Shown: in pieces, positions 26,105 through 37,608 of the stretch | Numbering within the stretch: position 1 is the first letter of the stretch | How the letters are laid out: the number at the start of each line of letters is the position of its first letter | Assembly (NCBI GenBank): GCA_013239625.1 | Contig: MU054187.1 | Location: 21,765,280-21,829,279, forward strand | Source of the DNA: Lama guanicoe | Lineage: Eukaryota | Length of the DNA: 64,000 bases | Reading direction: 5' to 3' | The notes under the pieces: generated by a model | Seen by the model: the letters and a program-made list of their open reading frames with translations, nothing else | The model's database searches: none | What the model was told of the DNA's origin: nothing | Position numbers and translations under genes: made by a program

Positions 26105-26530
26105 AGTATCAGTCAGATTTTACTAGGAAAATAGAAACCACCCAGTATTTAAAACAGAGGGTATTAAATGCTTGGAATTGATTATACAGGCCATGGAAGA
26201 TGTTGAAAAACCAAACAGGACAGTGAGGCAACCAAGAGGTTAGCAAGAGCAGGATGCTCTCACTCCCTTAGAAAGAGGAAATGTTCCTGGAGCCCAGGAG
26301 TCATGGCCACTCAGCTGAGATGGAAACTAATGTCATTCTGACCAGCAGAATGTGGTTATTTTTTGGAGACACACAGATGTGACCTGAGTCCCTGCTTGAG
26401 GCAGAGAGAGGAGAAGCACTCTGGCTTCTTCCTTTGTTCCACCTGCCAAACTCCCGTTGGTGCCCACTGGTGCCCACTGGAATCTAGCTGGAAGTCAGAT
26501 AACATGGAACCAGGAGAGGTCATCCCCTCT
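26105..26530 (-). mobile_element. ERVL/MaLR-type LTR remnant
   Basis: atcagtcagatt...ggaaaatagaaaccac...ggaattgatt pattern. Confidence 0.4.
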
Positions 26531-27029
26531 GTTACACAGAGCACTTCAGCTGAAAGGTCCAGGAATGGATCTGGGAAAAAAATGGACTTAAAAGCCATCC
26601 AAGGCTCCAAGGGCTGGGAAACTCCATCTTACAGATCAAGCAAATGCCTATGATGCTGGGCTGGAATTCCCCACAGATGGAAGACCATGGCTAAATTTTT
26701 TTCCTACTCTGGAAACTTAATTGGATCACAGTTTATCAAACATCTTATAAGCGCTCAATGTTGTGCTAAGTCCTGGAGATATAATGGTGATTAAGATGCA
26801 ATTCCTTCTCTTAGCTCAAAATCGAAGACAAGTGCAGAAACAAACTGCATGATAAAAAGTGTAATGTATTTTAATTTTAGGGATCTGAAGAGTGCTCAGG
26901 GAACATGGAGAAGTTGGAGAGATTAATTCTGGAAAATTAACAAAGGCGTAAAGATTTGCAAGTGTGATGTATTCGGAAGCTGGGTTCTCTGGTTCTCCAT
27001 ATAGTTTGGTATCTGGTGCTTGGGTAGGG

Positions 27030-27550
27030 AGATGTGTCAGTGAGGGCTCTTTTAAGAACAGTGGAAATTTCAATACAAAATGGCTAAAGTAAATAATGGA
27101 ATTTATTGATTCACATAATTGAAAAGTCCAGGGGTACAGCTTGCTTTCATCATGGTGAAACCAGGAGCTAAATCAGGCTTCAGTCTCCCCTCTTTTGGGC
27201 TGCCTCCACCTTTGTGGGCTCCATCAAGAATCAGACTCTCCTTTCATATTGGACGAATGAAAGCCTGCATCTATAGACCTAAACATCTGTAAGTCATACC
27301 ACTGGCAAAAGGAGAGCTGCTTTTCCAGAGACTTAAAACATTTTTCTACCTTGAATTCTCATTTGCCCAGAGTGAGTCACATACCCATCCCGAATCAAGT
27401 CATCGTGGCCTGGGGATTTCTATCTGGCTCAGGAGGAGTCAGCCCCTTTCCAAATTGCACAAAGAGTCGGGGGAGGGGGGCTGCAGTAAAGAACAGCTGG
27501 GGCCGAGTACCCAAAGAAGGAAAAAAAAGATTCTGGGTGGCAAAACCAAA
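27030..27550 (-). mobile_element. ERVL-MaLR (MLT1J/K-like) LTR remnant
   Basis: ggaatttattgattcacataattgaaaagtccagggg...gtcacatacccatcccgaatc. Confidence 0.55.
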
Positions 27551-28010
27551 ACAGGAAAATGTCTACTCTGGAATAGAAAAATGGCTGAAGTAAAGCCTGA
27601 AAAGAATAAAACTCAGGAGATAATTCAGTTCTTCTAAATAACCAATATCCACCTGCAGAGGATCAAGCATCTCAAGTTAAATTCAAGGCCAGCATTTCAA
27701 TAAGGACACAAGATTGAAAAAAAATTTTTTCTAATGCTTTGATGAAGTGACAGATTGATGCTCTTCCACAGTGATGAGGAAGAGCAGGGATTGTCACAGG
27801 GAGGGAACCAGAGGGAACTGGGGAACCAGAATTTGCAGCAGGACAGAGCTACTTGTTGACCCGATAGTGGGTCTTACATGGAGCGCTCACGTGTAGACCC
27901 TGGATGCTGACCACGGTGCTCTGTCTCCTGCTGGGCTGTCTCACGTTCCCAGGAGGCAGAGATGTCTCTGTTAGGTCTTGCCCTCTTCTCTCCTAGCCTC
28001 CTTGGTCCAG

Positions 28011-28164
28011 TCACAGGTGACTGAAGAAGCATTTGTTGAAAGAATTAATGACTGAACACAATGCCTAGCAACCAGTGTGGACTGATCATGCCTACTATTC
28101 ACGGTGTCTTACCTTCACAGGTGACTGAAGAAGCATTTGTTGAAAGAATTAATGACTGAACACA
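28011..28164. repeat. Perfect 50-bp direct repeat (28011-28060 and 28115-28164) flanking a 54-bp unique spacer
   Basis: tcacaggtgactgaagaagcatttgttgaaagaattaatgactgaacaca occurs twice. Confidence 0.93.
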
Positions 28165-28481
28165 TGAATCAATCATTAAGTGCTCTGTTTTCATGTAAAA
28201 TTAGCACATCTTGAAATCTGTTCTTCTTCAATAAAATAACAAGTGCCCATGAGGTACTGATCTAAAAATCCAAGCAATTTGTTCCCCAAGGAGATGGTAG
28301 TTTCTCAATTGTGAAATTAAACCCAAGATCAATGAACGAAGTCGCATTGAGACCAGGGTGGTCTCCAGACAAGGATTGCAACTTCCTGTGAGAGCCAAGG
28401 TTCTCGTACCTCGTCCCTGAGTAAAACCCTCTACTGCCATCTTCTGGACAACCAGGGAATTTCACAGCCCATGCTGCCAGC

Positions 28482-29580
28482 CAGTGGTTCTCAAAGTCAG
28501 ATCTGAAGACCCTGGAGGGGCGGAGGGTTCCTGAGACACTCTCAAGAGGTTGGTGAAGTCAAAATTATTTTATAATAGTCCCAGGATGCTATTTTCCTTT
28601 TCCAATATTTGACATTTGCCACCCTGGTGCAAAAGCGATGCTGTTTAAAATTGCTGGTTTCTTAGCACAAATCAAGGCTTTGACCGTAAAAGGTACTGAT
28701 AGTCATTTTTTTCCCCACCACCATGAAATCATAGTTTTAAAATTCCAGCTTCTCTTAAGAATTTCCTTGCCCTTAAGTAAAAAGTTATTAATTTTATTCA
28801 TATTATTAAAAAGTTAATCTGAGATTAATTATTAATCTCAACTCCCGAGGACACGTTCTTTTAATATTTGGTGTAACATAATGGAAGTCTGCGTAAAGAC
28901 CTTCTGATGCCTATCAAAGTACGATGGTTTTCTTTAGGGAAAGGACTTATGTGCTGATTTGAGTTGCAAACTGAATTAGCCACTTCTTCAAATGGAGCAT
29001 CATTTTGACTTGAAAGAGCAACTGACAAACTACAGCTGTTCAGACTTGGGTAATTGGCCAGTACATTCTCGGAAACGAACAAAGCGAGCTTGTCACTTCA
29101 GCAGAAACAGGGAAAAGTATTTCTTGGCAATGACAAAATTAGAACTTTCAAGGGCAAATTAAATTTTGGGAAAACTGGCATCTGCCCCTGTGAACGTGCC
29201 AGCTTCTCAGTGCTTACAGATGTTTCTGATGAGACCAGTAGTAATTTTTTAAAATGTGATCTTTTTGATATTATGTAGTGAATTGTGTCAACATTCTGAA
29301 CATGTGGGTAACTCAGTGAACCAGTATTTTCTAACCAGCCAGCACATGATGTTACAAAGTCTCGCACAGATAAATTCTATTCAAAGTGCAAGATAGACCA
29401 ATGGATTCTAATGGAACAGGTATGAAAAGTTTATTCATATGGTTTATTTATGCACAGATTTTAAGAAACTACCACTCATTAAGTTTTGGTGTAGTACTGA
29501 AGAAGAATAATTTTCACAGTTTCTGAAAAGACTGTTAATATCCTCCTTCATTTTCTAACTACGTATGTGTGTGAGGCATT
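28482..29580. mobile_element. hAT-Charlie (Charlie1-like) DNA transposon remnant
   Basis: Starts with cagtggttctcaaagt. Internal segments resemble Charlie1 (ttgaaagagcaactgacaaactacagctgttcagacttggg; ttcaaagtgcaagatagaccaatggatt). Confidence 0.75.
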
Positions 29581-31379
29581 ATCTCCAAAATACGGATAAT
29601 TCTGGCAGAAGGACTTGGTCTGTTGGCTAATATTTTCTCAACATTGGATCATATTTGGATAAATTCTATTCATATGTACTTCCGTGGTTTTCATTTTTCT
29701 ATTCTTTTGTGACAAGTCAACCTTTTCCCTAGCTGACACGTCACTTTTTTGGGACATGTCAACACATATACTCACATAAGAGTTTCAAATCTGAAGGCCA
29801 CTCTACCCTTCAAGGAGAGTTTTCAAATGTCTGCTCTGAGTCATCACAGGTGGATGATAAAGCCCAACCCTTAGAACTATTTAGGCGAGATGTAACCTTT
29901 TACACTTATTTTTCTTATTCTCAAGTTTTCTTATTCTGAAGTCTCAGTAAAGCTCCCGAGGACTGACAATGATATCGTTTAAACCTACGTATTGAATGGA
30001 TTAAAAAAAAACAAAAAGTGAAGCAGCACACCGAAAAGAATTCAGTATAGCCTGTTTCTTCATTTCATCATGTTTTCTTTTTATAGTCATTTTCTTCGAG
30101 GGAAACGCCTTTTGATACAGGTGGATGCAGTGTTTTCTCAGCCAGCTGAGGTGAGAAACAGAAGGATAACTTCAGGGACATAGATGGAGCCACTGACTTG
30201 GTAACTACCAGTCAGGCTAATCTCTATTCTGTGACTAAGGAGAGACTTTGCAGGTATAAAGACTTTTAAAGACAATTTTCAGGGTTGCTATATAATAAAA
30301 ATCTTGGGGTTCATGAAACTCTGGCAGCTTTGATCCCATGGAGCGGCTCCCCAAATCATTGACTTTACCCTGCCCTCATCTCCTGGCATAGGGACGACGC
30401 TGTGTTGGTTTGCCAGCTGTCGCTCGGACATCCTGAGACCAAGCAGTGAAACAATCCCTAAACCCACATCTTTGCTCCTTCAATTTGCTTCCTTGTGTTT
30501 TTCCCTTTAGAAATGGGAGCTTGGATGAGCACAAGCTTGAAGTGCTCCTTCCTTAAACACTGGGAGGTTCTGTGATGCCGGGGAGCTCCCCAGAAGCACG
30601 CTTTTGGCCTAGTTTGTTCACTTATCACAAGAGTTTGAAATATGAGCCCCAATTATTCTTTTACTTAAAGGATTCTGTTTAGAAAAAGGAAAGCCAAATC
30701 TGACTTTCCAGATTTCCAACCAATACTAAAGAAGAGAAACAACAGAGAGCCCTACTTATTTCCTCATTATGAGGATGCATTTCATTCCTATCCAAGCAAA
30801 AAGTCCCTGCCGTGTTTCATGGAAACATCTCCTTATTAAAAATTACTAAGATCGACAAGGTTATGAGGGCATGTTCCATGTTAGTATTTTTAATAAAAGA
30901 AATCTCTCATCTGGATCTATGAATGGCTAATGTTCAACAACAGTTAATTCTTGAACTAGTTCCTGTAAGTGATGACTGTTTATTGTAGATGTGTCCATTC
31001 ATCCCCAGGTCAGAGAGTGTCTCTCAAATGAGTTGGTAAAACTTAATCACATGCCATTGTTCTGGGATAGGTTCATACAGGTAAGCTTACCTGTGAATGT
31101 TCTGGGACTAAGACATAAATCAAAGCCAAAAACTGTCTGTGCCCCTTCTCCCCCACCTCCTTTAATCCCCTTTATTCTTGGCCCACAATCAGAGAAATAC
31201 TATATATCTCATTATGAATTTCATTACTTACTACTAGACATGGCCACACATGCATATATACACACACACCTATACACACCTACCCATATACACACGTGTC
31301 TGTATCTCTTCACTTTTCTGCCTGGTTCCTCCGTCCTCTGCAGCTGCTTCTTTCTCGTCTCATCTTCTCTCTGGGATAT

Positions 31380-32915
31380 GTCCTTCTAGCCCGATGACTT
31401 TCAACCACATTTAAGTACACCAACGAGACCCATATTTCTATCTCCTGCCCCAGCCTTTCCCCTGAACTTCTGGCTCATACAGCCGACTGCCCGTAGGACA
31501 GCTCCATGGGATTTCTGATGGCCGTCTCACAGCTAACGTGTCCAGACAGATACGACCCGCGTTCATTCTTCACCCACCCCTTCTCCCAGGAGTCAGCGAC
31601 CCTCAGCCAATGGCACAGTTAGCCGATGGTGAGACCCTTAAATTAGGAGACCCAACCAAGTGTGGGTCCCTGCCTGATGGCTGGAAAGAATTCACAGCTG
31701 AGGCAGAGGGATACAGTGAAACTGCTTTTACTTCTCAAAAGGGGAAGAGGAAGGAAAGTGCCAGAGCAGGGAGAAGGAAAGAGTCGCGCTCGCGAGGACC
31801 ACGTGTTCGAGCGGGAAGCCATCGGCCAGGAAGGGTGGTGGAGACAGCTCTGGCCCAGCGCGGGCCACGTGGGCTCTTACGGGAGGCTTCTGCCATCACG
31901 ATGCCCCCTTCCGGGTGCGATGGAGCCCGTCAGTCCTTGGGTGGACTTTTCTGGTTGTTGTCATGGCAACGGTCAACTGTCCTGGTGCTGATGGGTGTGT
32001 CACTTGGCACGCTAGGACAGTACAATGAGCGCATAATGCGGCTCAAGGTCCACGGGAAGTCAGCTCCTCTGCCATCTTGGACTCCGTGGGTTCTAGCCAG
32101 TCCTTGTTTCTTCTCTGCAGCTGCCTCCTGAGACTTAGACAAGAGCGATTGGTTTCTAGTTGAGGGAGGGGCGGGAATATGATCCTGGGGGCAGCAGCCT
32201 CGGTAACAGCACCACCATCTCCTCCAGACTCACAGGCAGCTCTCCCTCCTCTCTTCCCCTCAAACCACGTCAGTCTGTCAGCGAGTCCTACAGACAGAGT
32301 CCTGCTCTTAAACTACAGCTCCCAACTGGCTTCCCTGCTCTGCTTTTTCCTCTTACCATCTCCTCCACGCAGCGGCCAGAGCGAACCTTTTAAAAGTAGG
32401 GCAAAGTGTTGCATTCCACTGAGCTCCACACTTGGGTGACTTTCTCTCCCTCAGAATAAAAGCCAAAGTCCTTACAACAGCTGGCGGGGCTCTGCAGATC
32501 TGTGTGCCGGCTGTCTGTCTGTACTCACTGTCTACTATGGTCTCACCCACTGAGCCCCACACTTCTAGCTGTTCCTCCTTTATATCTGATATTTTCTTTG
32601 CCTAGAAAGCCCTTCCCTGGATCTTCACAGGAATCCCTCCCTTATTTATTCAAATGTCACCTCTTCAAAGTGACTTTCCCTGACCACGCTCCTTGAAGTT
32701 ACTCTCTTCCTCCTTACTCTGCTTGACTATTTTTGTTAATAGCACTTAACATTACATAACATTGTTTATTTCTAAAGTCATCCATCCACTTCTCCTACTA
32801 GAATGTTAACCTTCTTAAGAACAGGGGTTCGTTTTGTCAACCAGAGTTCCTAGCATCTAAATAGTCCTTGGCACACAATAGACATCAATACATATTTATT
32901 TCAAGAACAAATGGA
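31380..32915 (+). mobile_element. L2 LINE remnant, split by the LTR at 31617-32208
   Basis: cagcctttcccctgaacttc...ctcagaataaaagccaaagtcctt...caaatgtcacctcttc...tggcacacaatagacatcaatacatattt. Confidence 0.7.
31617..32208 (-). mobile_element. ERV1-type solo LTR (592 bp) nested in an L2
   Basis: 4-bp TSD gcac at 31613-31616 and 32209-32212. The minus strand begins TGTTACCG and carries an AGTAAA signal. It is CpG-rich, and the L2 resumes on both sides. Confidence 0.75.
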
Positions 32916-32999
32916 TATTTTTTCATGCATATTTCATGCATAGTTGGTCAAGGAACACAACGTTGCTGCTAGAAGATGAAGACGCTCTGGAGCTCGAAG

Positions 33000-33220
33000 G
33001 CACAGCATAGTGACAGTCAGCAACCCTGTGCTATAGACGTCAAAGCTGCGGGGAGACTAGACCTCAAACGCTCTCACCACAAAAAAGAAATGATAATTAT
33101 GGGATGTGAGAGAGGTGTGAGCTAATGCAATATGTAGATGTATCAAATCAACACAAGGTGCTCCTTAAAATTACACAGTGTTACATGTCAGTTGTATCTC
33201 AGTCAGAAATAAATAAAATA
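33000..33220 (+). mobile_element. L1MA/MB-like 3' end
   Basis: tctcaccacaaaaaagaaatgataattatg...gtcagttgtatctcag, then an A-rich tail. Confidence 0.65.
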
Positions 33221-33779
33221 ACACAGAGACTCACAATCTTAAATTTTCTGGAGTAGTTTTGTGCTGCTGTAGAAGACTGGGTGTAGATTTGTCACTCTGT
33301 GTCAGCCTTGGTGTCCTGTAGAGTGTGCAGTGTTCCTTAAAAAAAAAAAAACTTGTAAAAGATATTGCAGACTTCACGACGTGAGTTAGTGCAACAGTGC
33401 ATATACACAGATTTTCACAAACAATAGTGCTGCAGTATCTGAAAGGCTTCTGCGAATTTTCAAGTGATGTACAAAGGTCTAAATCTCACTGTCGAGTAGC
33501 TGATTCACACGGAAACCCTCCCTCACAATTTCATGGATGCCGTATTTCCAAACTCAGGTGGTCCCTTGGCCCCAGACGTGGAATCTTCCAGAACAACACT
33601 GCTGGTGTAAGAGGGAGGACGCGCAGGAGAGAATAGGGAGGAGAAAGATGCTCTCTCAGTGAATGGTCAGTGTTGGAAAGGGAGGATATGCAGTCCCAGA
33701 AAAAGAGCATTTTAACAGGAATTACAAAAAAGCTTTAAGAGGAAAAATTTTATGTGAGCATAATCTCCCTAAAGGCTGA

Positions 33780-33940
33780 AAAAGGAGGAAGGCATAGGAC
33801 CGCAGGGACGCATTCCTTTCGTTCACCCCCAGGTGGCGCTGTCGGAGAAGGAAAGCTGATTCGCTCTCCTGGGAGGGGCGGGCGCGGAGGCTGCGCAGCA
33901 AGAGCGTGAAACACAGATCGCCGCTTTACTTCCATCTCCT
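33780..33940 (+). promoter_or_regulatory. GC/CpG-rich promoter-like patch with a CTCF-like motif (33823-33841) and a GC box (about 33875-33887)
   Basis: tcacccccaggtggcgctg resembles the CTCF core CCxxxAGGTGGCGC. ggggcgggcgcgg is an Sp1-type box. CpG density is locally raised. Confidence 0.55.
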
Positions 33941-34964
33941 GGTGCTGGATTCCTGTGCCCTTTACTTTTCAGTGTGAGACAGAGGGTCTCATTGCGTCCA
34001 TGAGTAAGTCAAGTCAGCTCACACCTGGTGCCCTGTGATTCCTTCTCGTTTGTTCTTGCCTCCTTTGCCCCCTTGTCCCGCAGGTGCATCTCCCGGCTAC
34101 TGGTCCCTCGGGGCGCATCCCTGCCACCTGCTCTGGGAATCCTTTAATCCTCCAGGCACCGTACAGGTTCCTCTGGGCTGTGTCTCCGCCCCTGCTGGGG
34201 AGAGAAGGCCGAGGAAGTACTCGTTACCTGTAAACACGCGATGTTCCTACCCTCTGGGTCCACCTCTACCAGCACAAAATCAGGGCAGGCCGCCTCAGGT
34301 GGAAGCAAGTCTGCATGTAGATTTCCTGGAGTCCACGCTGCTCCAACGCTGCGTGGCTCTTCACTTGTGCTTCTATGAACGTGTCATCTTTCCCTCTGTT
34401 TCCTACAAGAGGCAGAGTCCCATCTGTGAGTGTTGTTCTTCTATGCAGAAGGGATGGGCTAGACCAGGGGTCTTCAAGCACTGCTCAGCATCTGTAAGCA
34501 GACAGAAGAGACTTAGTAAAAGCTTTCTCAGCAGACGCTTACTTACAAAGGTATCTGTGTTTTCCACCACGTTGTCCTTCTTCTTGGCAGCGCCTCGCTC
34601 CTGTGAAGATTCCTGGGGGGCTTAGGAAGCAGCTGCTAGTCTTTCTAGAACCCTCATTCTCTGTTGGGTTAAGACCGCATCCCAGCCTTCAGGCCTCAGA
34701 GATGCCATTGGAGGCAGTCTAACCGCTTCCCTTTGCCTCAGTCTGGCTTTCTTCCCTTAGGTCTCCTGTGTGTCCATCTACTCTACGCACACTTCCTCTC
34801 CTCCGAAGCCATTCTTACAATCAGGGGAATTTACCAAAAAAGTTCACACAAAAGTTGGGGGAGCATGACTAGGATTTTTTTTAGCCATAACATTCTAGAG
34901 AAGTCAGGTTATTGCTTTCTCATATAAGAGAATAGCAATTTTTTCTTTATCTTTTCTCAAAAAG

Positions 34965-35420
34965 ATTGGCAGCAACATGGATGGACCTAGAGATTCTCAT
35001 ACTAAGTGAAATAAGTCAGTCAGAGAAAGATAAACAGCATATGACATCCTTTATATGTGGAATCTAAAAAAAAGGACCCAAATGAACTTATTTATAAAAC
35101 AGAAACAGACTCAGGCATAGAAAACAAACTTATGGTTACAGGGGCTGGGGGCGGGGAAAGGTGGGAGGGAGGGATAAATTAGGAGTTTGGGATTGGCAGA
35201 TACAAACTACTATGTACAGAATAGATAAACCACAAAGTGCCACTGTATAACACAGGGAACTATATTCAATGGCTTGTAGTAACCTGCAAGGAAAAAGTAT
35301 ATATGTATATATGTATGTATAATGGAAACACTGTGCTGTCCACCAGCAGCTTTACAATATTGTACATAATACAATAATACAATATTGTAAATCAAATGTA
35401 CCTCAATTTTAAAAATGGGG
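34965..35420 (+). mobile_element. L1 3' fragment
   Basis: gcagcaacatggatggacctagagatt...actaagtgaaataagtcag...cacagggaactatattcaat. Confidence 0.85.
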
Positions 35421-35768
35421 GTAAAAAAGAAGAAATAAAGGCTTTTGAGAAGCCTTCAGGGTTTCTGGCCCTACCTTCCCACACTGGAGCAGCCGAGGCC
35501 AATCTGAACACTTCACTCTGCACATTTTTTGATGGAGGTTGATCACCAAGGAGCCCTGATTCTAGTCAGAAGGAAGGAGGGCAAAGCGCAGTGGCTTGTG
35601 GGCAAGTTTCTTAGCTGCGCCAGGTCTCACTTTGCTAATCCGCACAAAGAGGAGGGGAAGAGTACTGGTATCATAAGCTGGTGGGGCGTCTCAGACCAGC
35701 AGCAGCACGGAAAGGAACGGCCACAGGGCCTGGTGCACTCAGATCTTACTGTTTGAGTGAACACGATC

Positions 35769-35826
35769 TGTCAGCAAGGGGGCGTGCCTTCAGATTCCTC
35801 TTAGATGTGGGCACTAGAGGTCACTG
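35769..35826 (+). promoter_or_regulatory. Two further CTCF-like motifs
   Basis: tgtcagcaagggggcgtgc (35769-35787) and tgggcactagaggtcactg (35808-35826). Confidence 0.4.
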
Positions 35827-36987
35827 CCGACGTTCGGTACTTCTCAAATGAAAGAAAAGTTCTAAAGGGAAAAAGGGGTGGGGAAATTATAGGTCTAGTT
35901 TCCATGGGCTGGTGAGCAAGGATTCCTTTAATTATATTAAAAGTCAGTCAGCCTTATAAAGTCATTAGACTGTAGTCAGCCTCTTTGAACATCAAGGATG
36001 CCAGTGTGGTTTGCTGATTAACTGACTGAAATTGATACAAAAGTAAATGCTGACGCTCTATTTGAGATGCTGCTGCTCCTGGTGGAAGGCTTAAGACAAG
36101 GGAATCAACTTCAGAAGTCAGAGGCGTGGATGAGAAGGTGGGGAGGGGATGTTAGCCAACAGCAGAATAACAGAAGAAAGAAAAACAGGAGGACATAAAG
36201 CATTCTACTGACCTGAGTTTATATGACAGGAGACATCATATAAATATGGATCTCTCCCTTCCCATTAAATATTTAGTCCATGTACTTAAGTACTGAAGCC
36301 TTATTTTAATACCTTCTCTGATCTATATGTGTACAGAACATTCCATTAAGGAAAATATTCTAAAGCAAAAATTCCCGAATTCAGTATACACACAAGAAGA
36401 ATTGGTGTTTCAAGTTATTGTACTGATTATGTTCATTGCATCAGAGGTTTGAGGGGGAAATACTATTTTAATCAAGTATTAAAAGGGGTTGGGTGGAGAT
36501 CTAAAAGTTTCCTAAACACTGTTTCCTGGGATCCCTCTACAGTGAGGGAGACTCTCAGCTCAGGGGTGGCCCTTCATAGCCAGCATGGGTAGGCATTTGC
36601 TGGCTAAATCTGATTTTTTTTCTTTTTCTATTACAATTTATCTCAAAAATTTTACCACCGAGTGTAAGGGAATGACGATGTTACCAAGGACAGCTAAAAT
36701 CTGTTGAGGCTCTGCTCCAAGCTCTGTACACAGATCCACTCAGTTGAGGCTCATGGTGACCCCAGACACAGGAACTATCATTACTGCCATTTTACAGATG
36801 GGAATGCTGAGGGAGGTCGGGTTAATTACCTAAAGCGTTAGGACTAGTTAGCGACTTTGATAAAATGCATTTCCATTAAGTAGAGGTGTATGTTTCTACA
36901 GCAGCCTTGTAATTTAGACCAATGATGTTCATCTATCTACCATCATTTCAGTCTTCTTAATTATGCAAACTTTATACAGGTGTATGC

Positions 36988-37054
36988 ATCTATATCTATA
37001 TCTATATCTATATCTATATCTATATCTATATCTATATCTATATCTATATCTATC
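36988..37054. repeat. (ATCTAT)n microsatellite
   Basis: About 11 perfect hexamer copies directly 5' of an LTR. Confidence 0.95.
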
Positions 37055-37608
37055 AGTTAGCTAGACAAATAGGATAGGCGCACCAGGCAGATAGGTGGAG
37101 GAGAAGGAGGATGGTCCGGAAGATGGCAGTGTGCCCGCCTTCAGCATGAAGGGTCTTTGCTTCCTCTAAATGAGTGCCAGCAAGAATTCAGTTAGAACCC
37201 GAGGGCTGAAACTGTGCAATAGTGACAAGGACCTAACCAGACATGACCCAACGCTCATTGTAATATAATTAGCATTGTGGTTTAGGCTCCCTCTATGGGT
37301 TTTTCTGTGTGCATCATGGGTAACGACATGTGCAAAAGAGGACAGGCATAACTAAGCCCTCCAGGGGCAAGAGCTGTCAATCAATCAAGAGCCCACCTCT
37401 AAGCGAGGGTGTAAGAGAAGGGGGCAAACAGAGACCATTGCCACCCACCCTGGGATCAGCCTGCCTCCTGCTCTTGGAGGTGTAATTTCCCTTTGCTAAT
37501 AACATATTTAAATCTTTTGCTGCATAACACTTTCATCTCCTGTCTGAATTCTTGTCCTTTGGGCAAGACAAGAACTGAGGCTTTATCCCTTCTGCTTTTG
37601 GGGTAACA
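37055..37608 (+). mobile_element. ERV solo LTR
   Basis: agttagctag...ggtaaca termini and an LTR-like R/U5 region (ctaataa...tgtctgaattctt...caagacaagaac). Confidence 0.65.

Noticed and set aside
15890..28164. CRISPR-like reading of the minisatellite or of the 50-bp repeat/spacer
   Set aside because: The context is mammalian intronic or intergenic DNA. There are no unique spacers in the minisatellite, only two repeats at 28 kb, and no cas genes.
31538..32131. 197-aa ORF
   Set aside because: It spans the L2/LTR junction and lies in a GC-rich solo LTR. It has no gag, pol or env motifs.
36626..36664. Possible 27-nt micro-exon of the hidden gene after a long pyrimidine tract
   Set aside because: The acceptor reads ACAA rather than AG, which is too weak to claim without comparative data.
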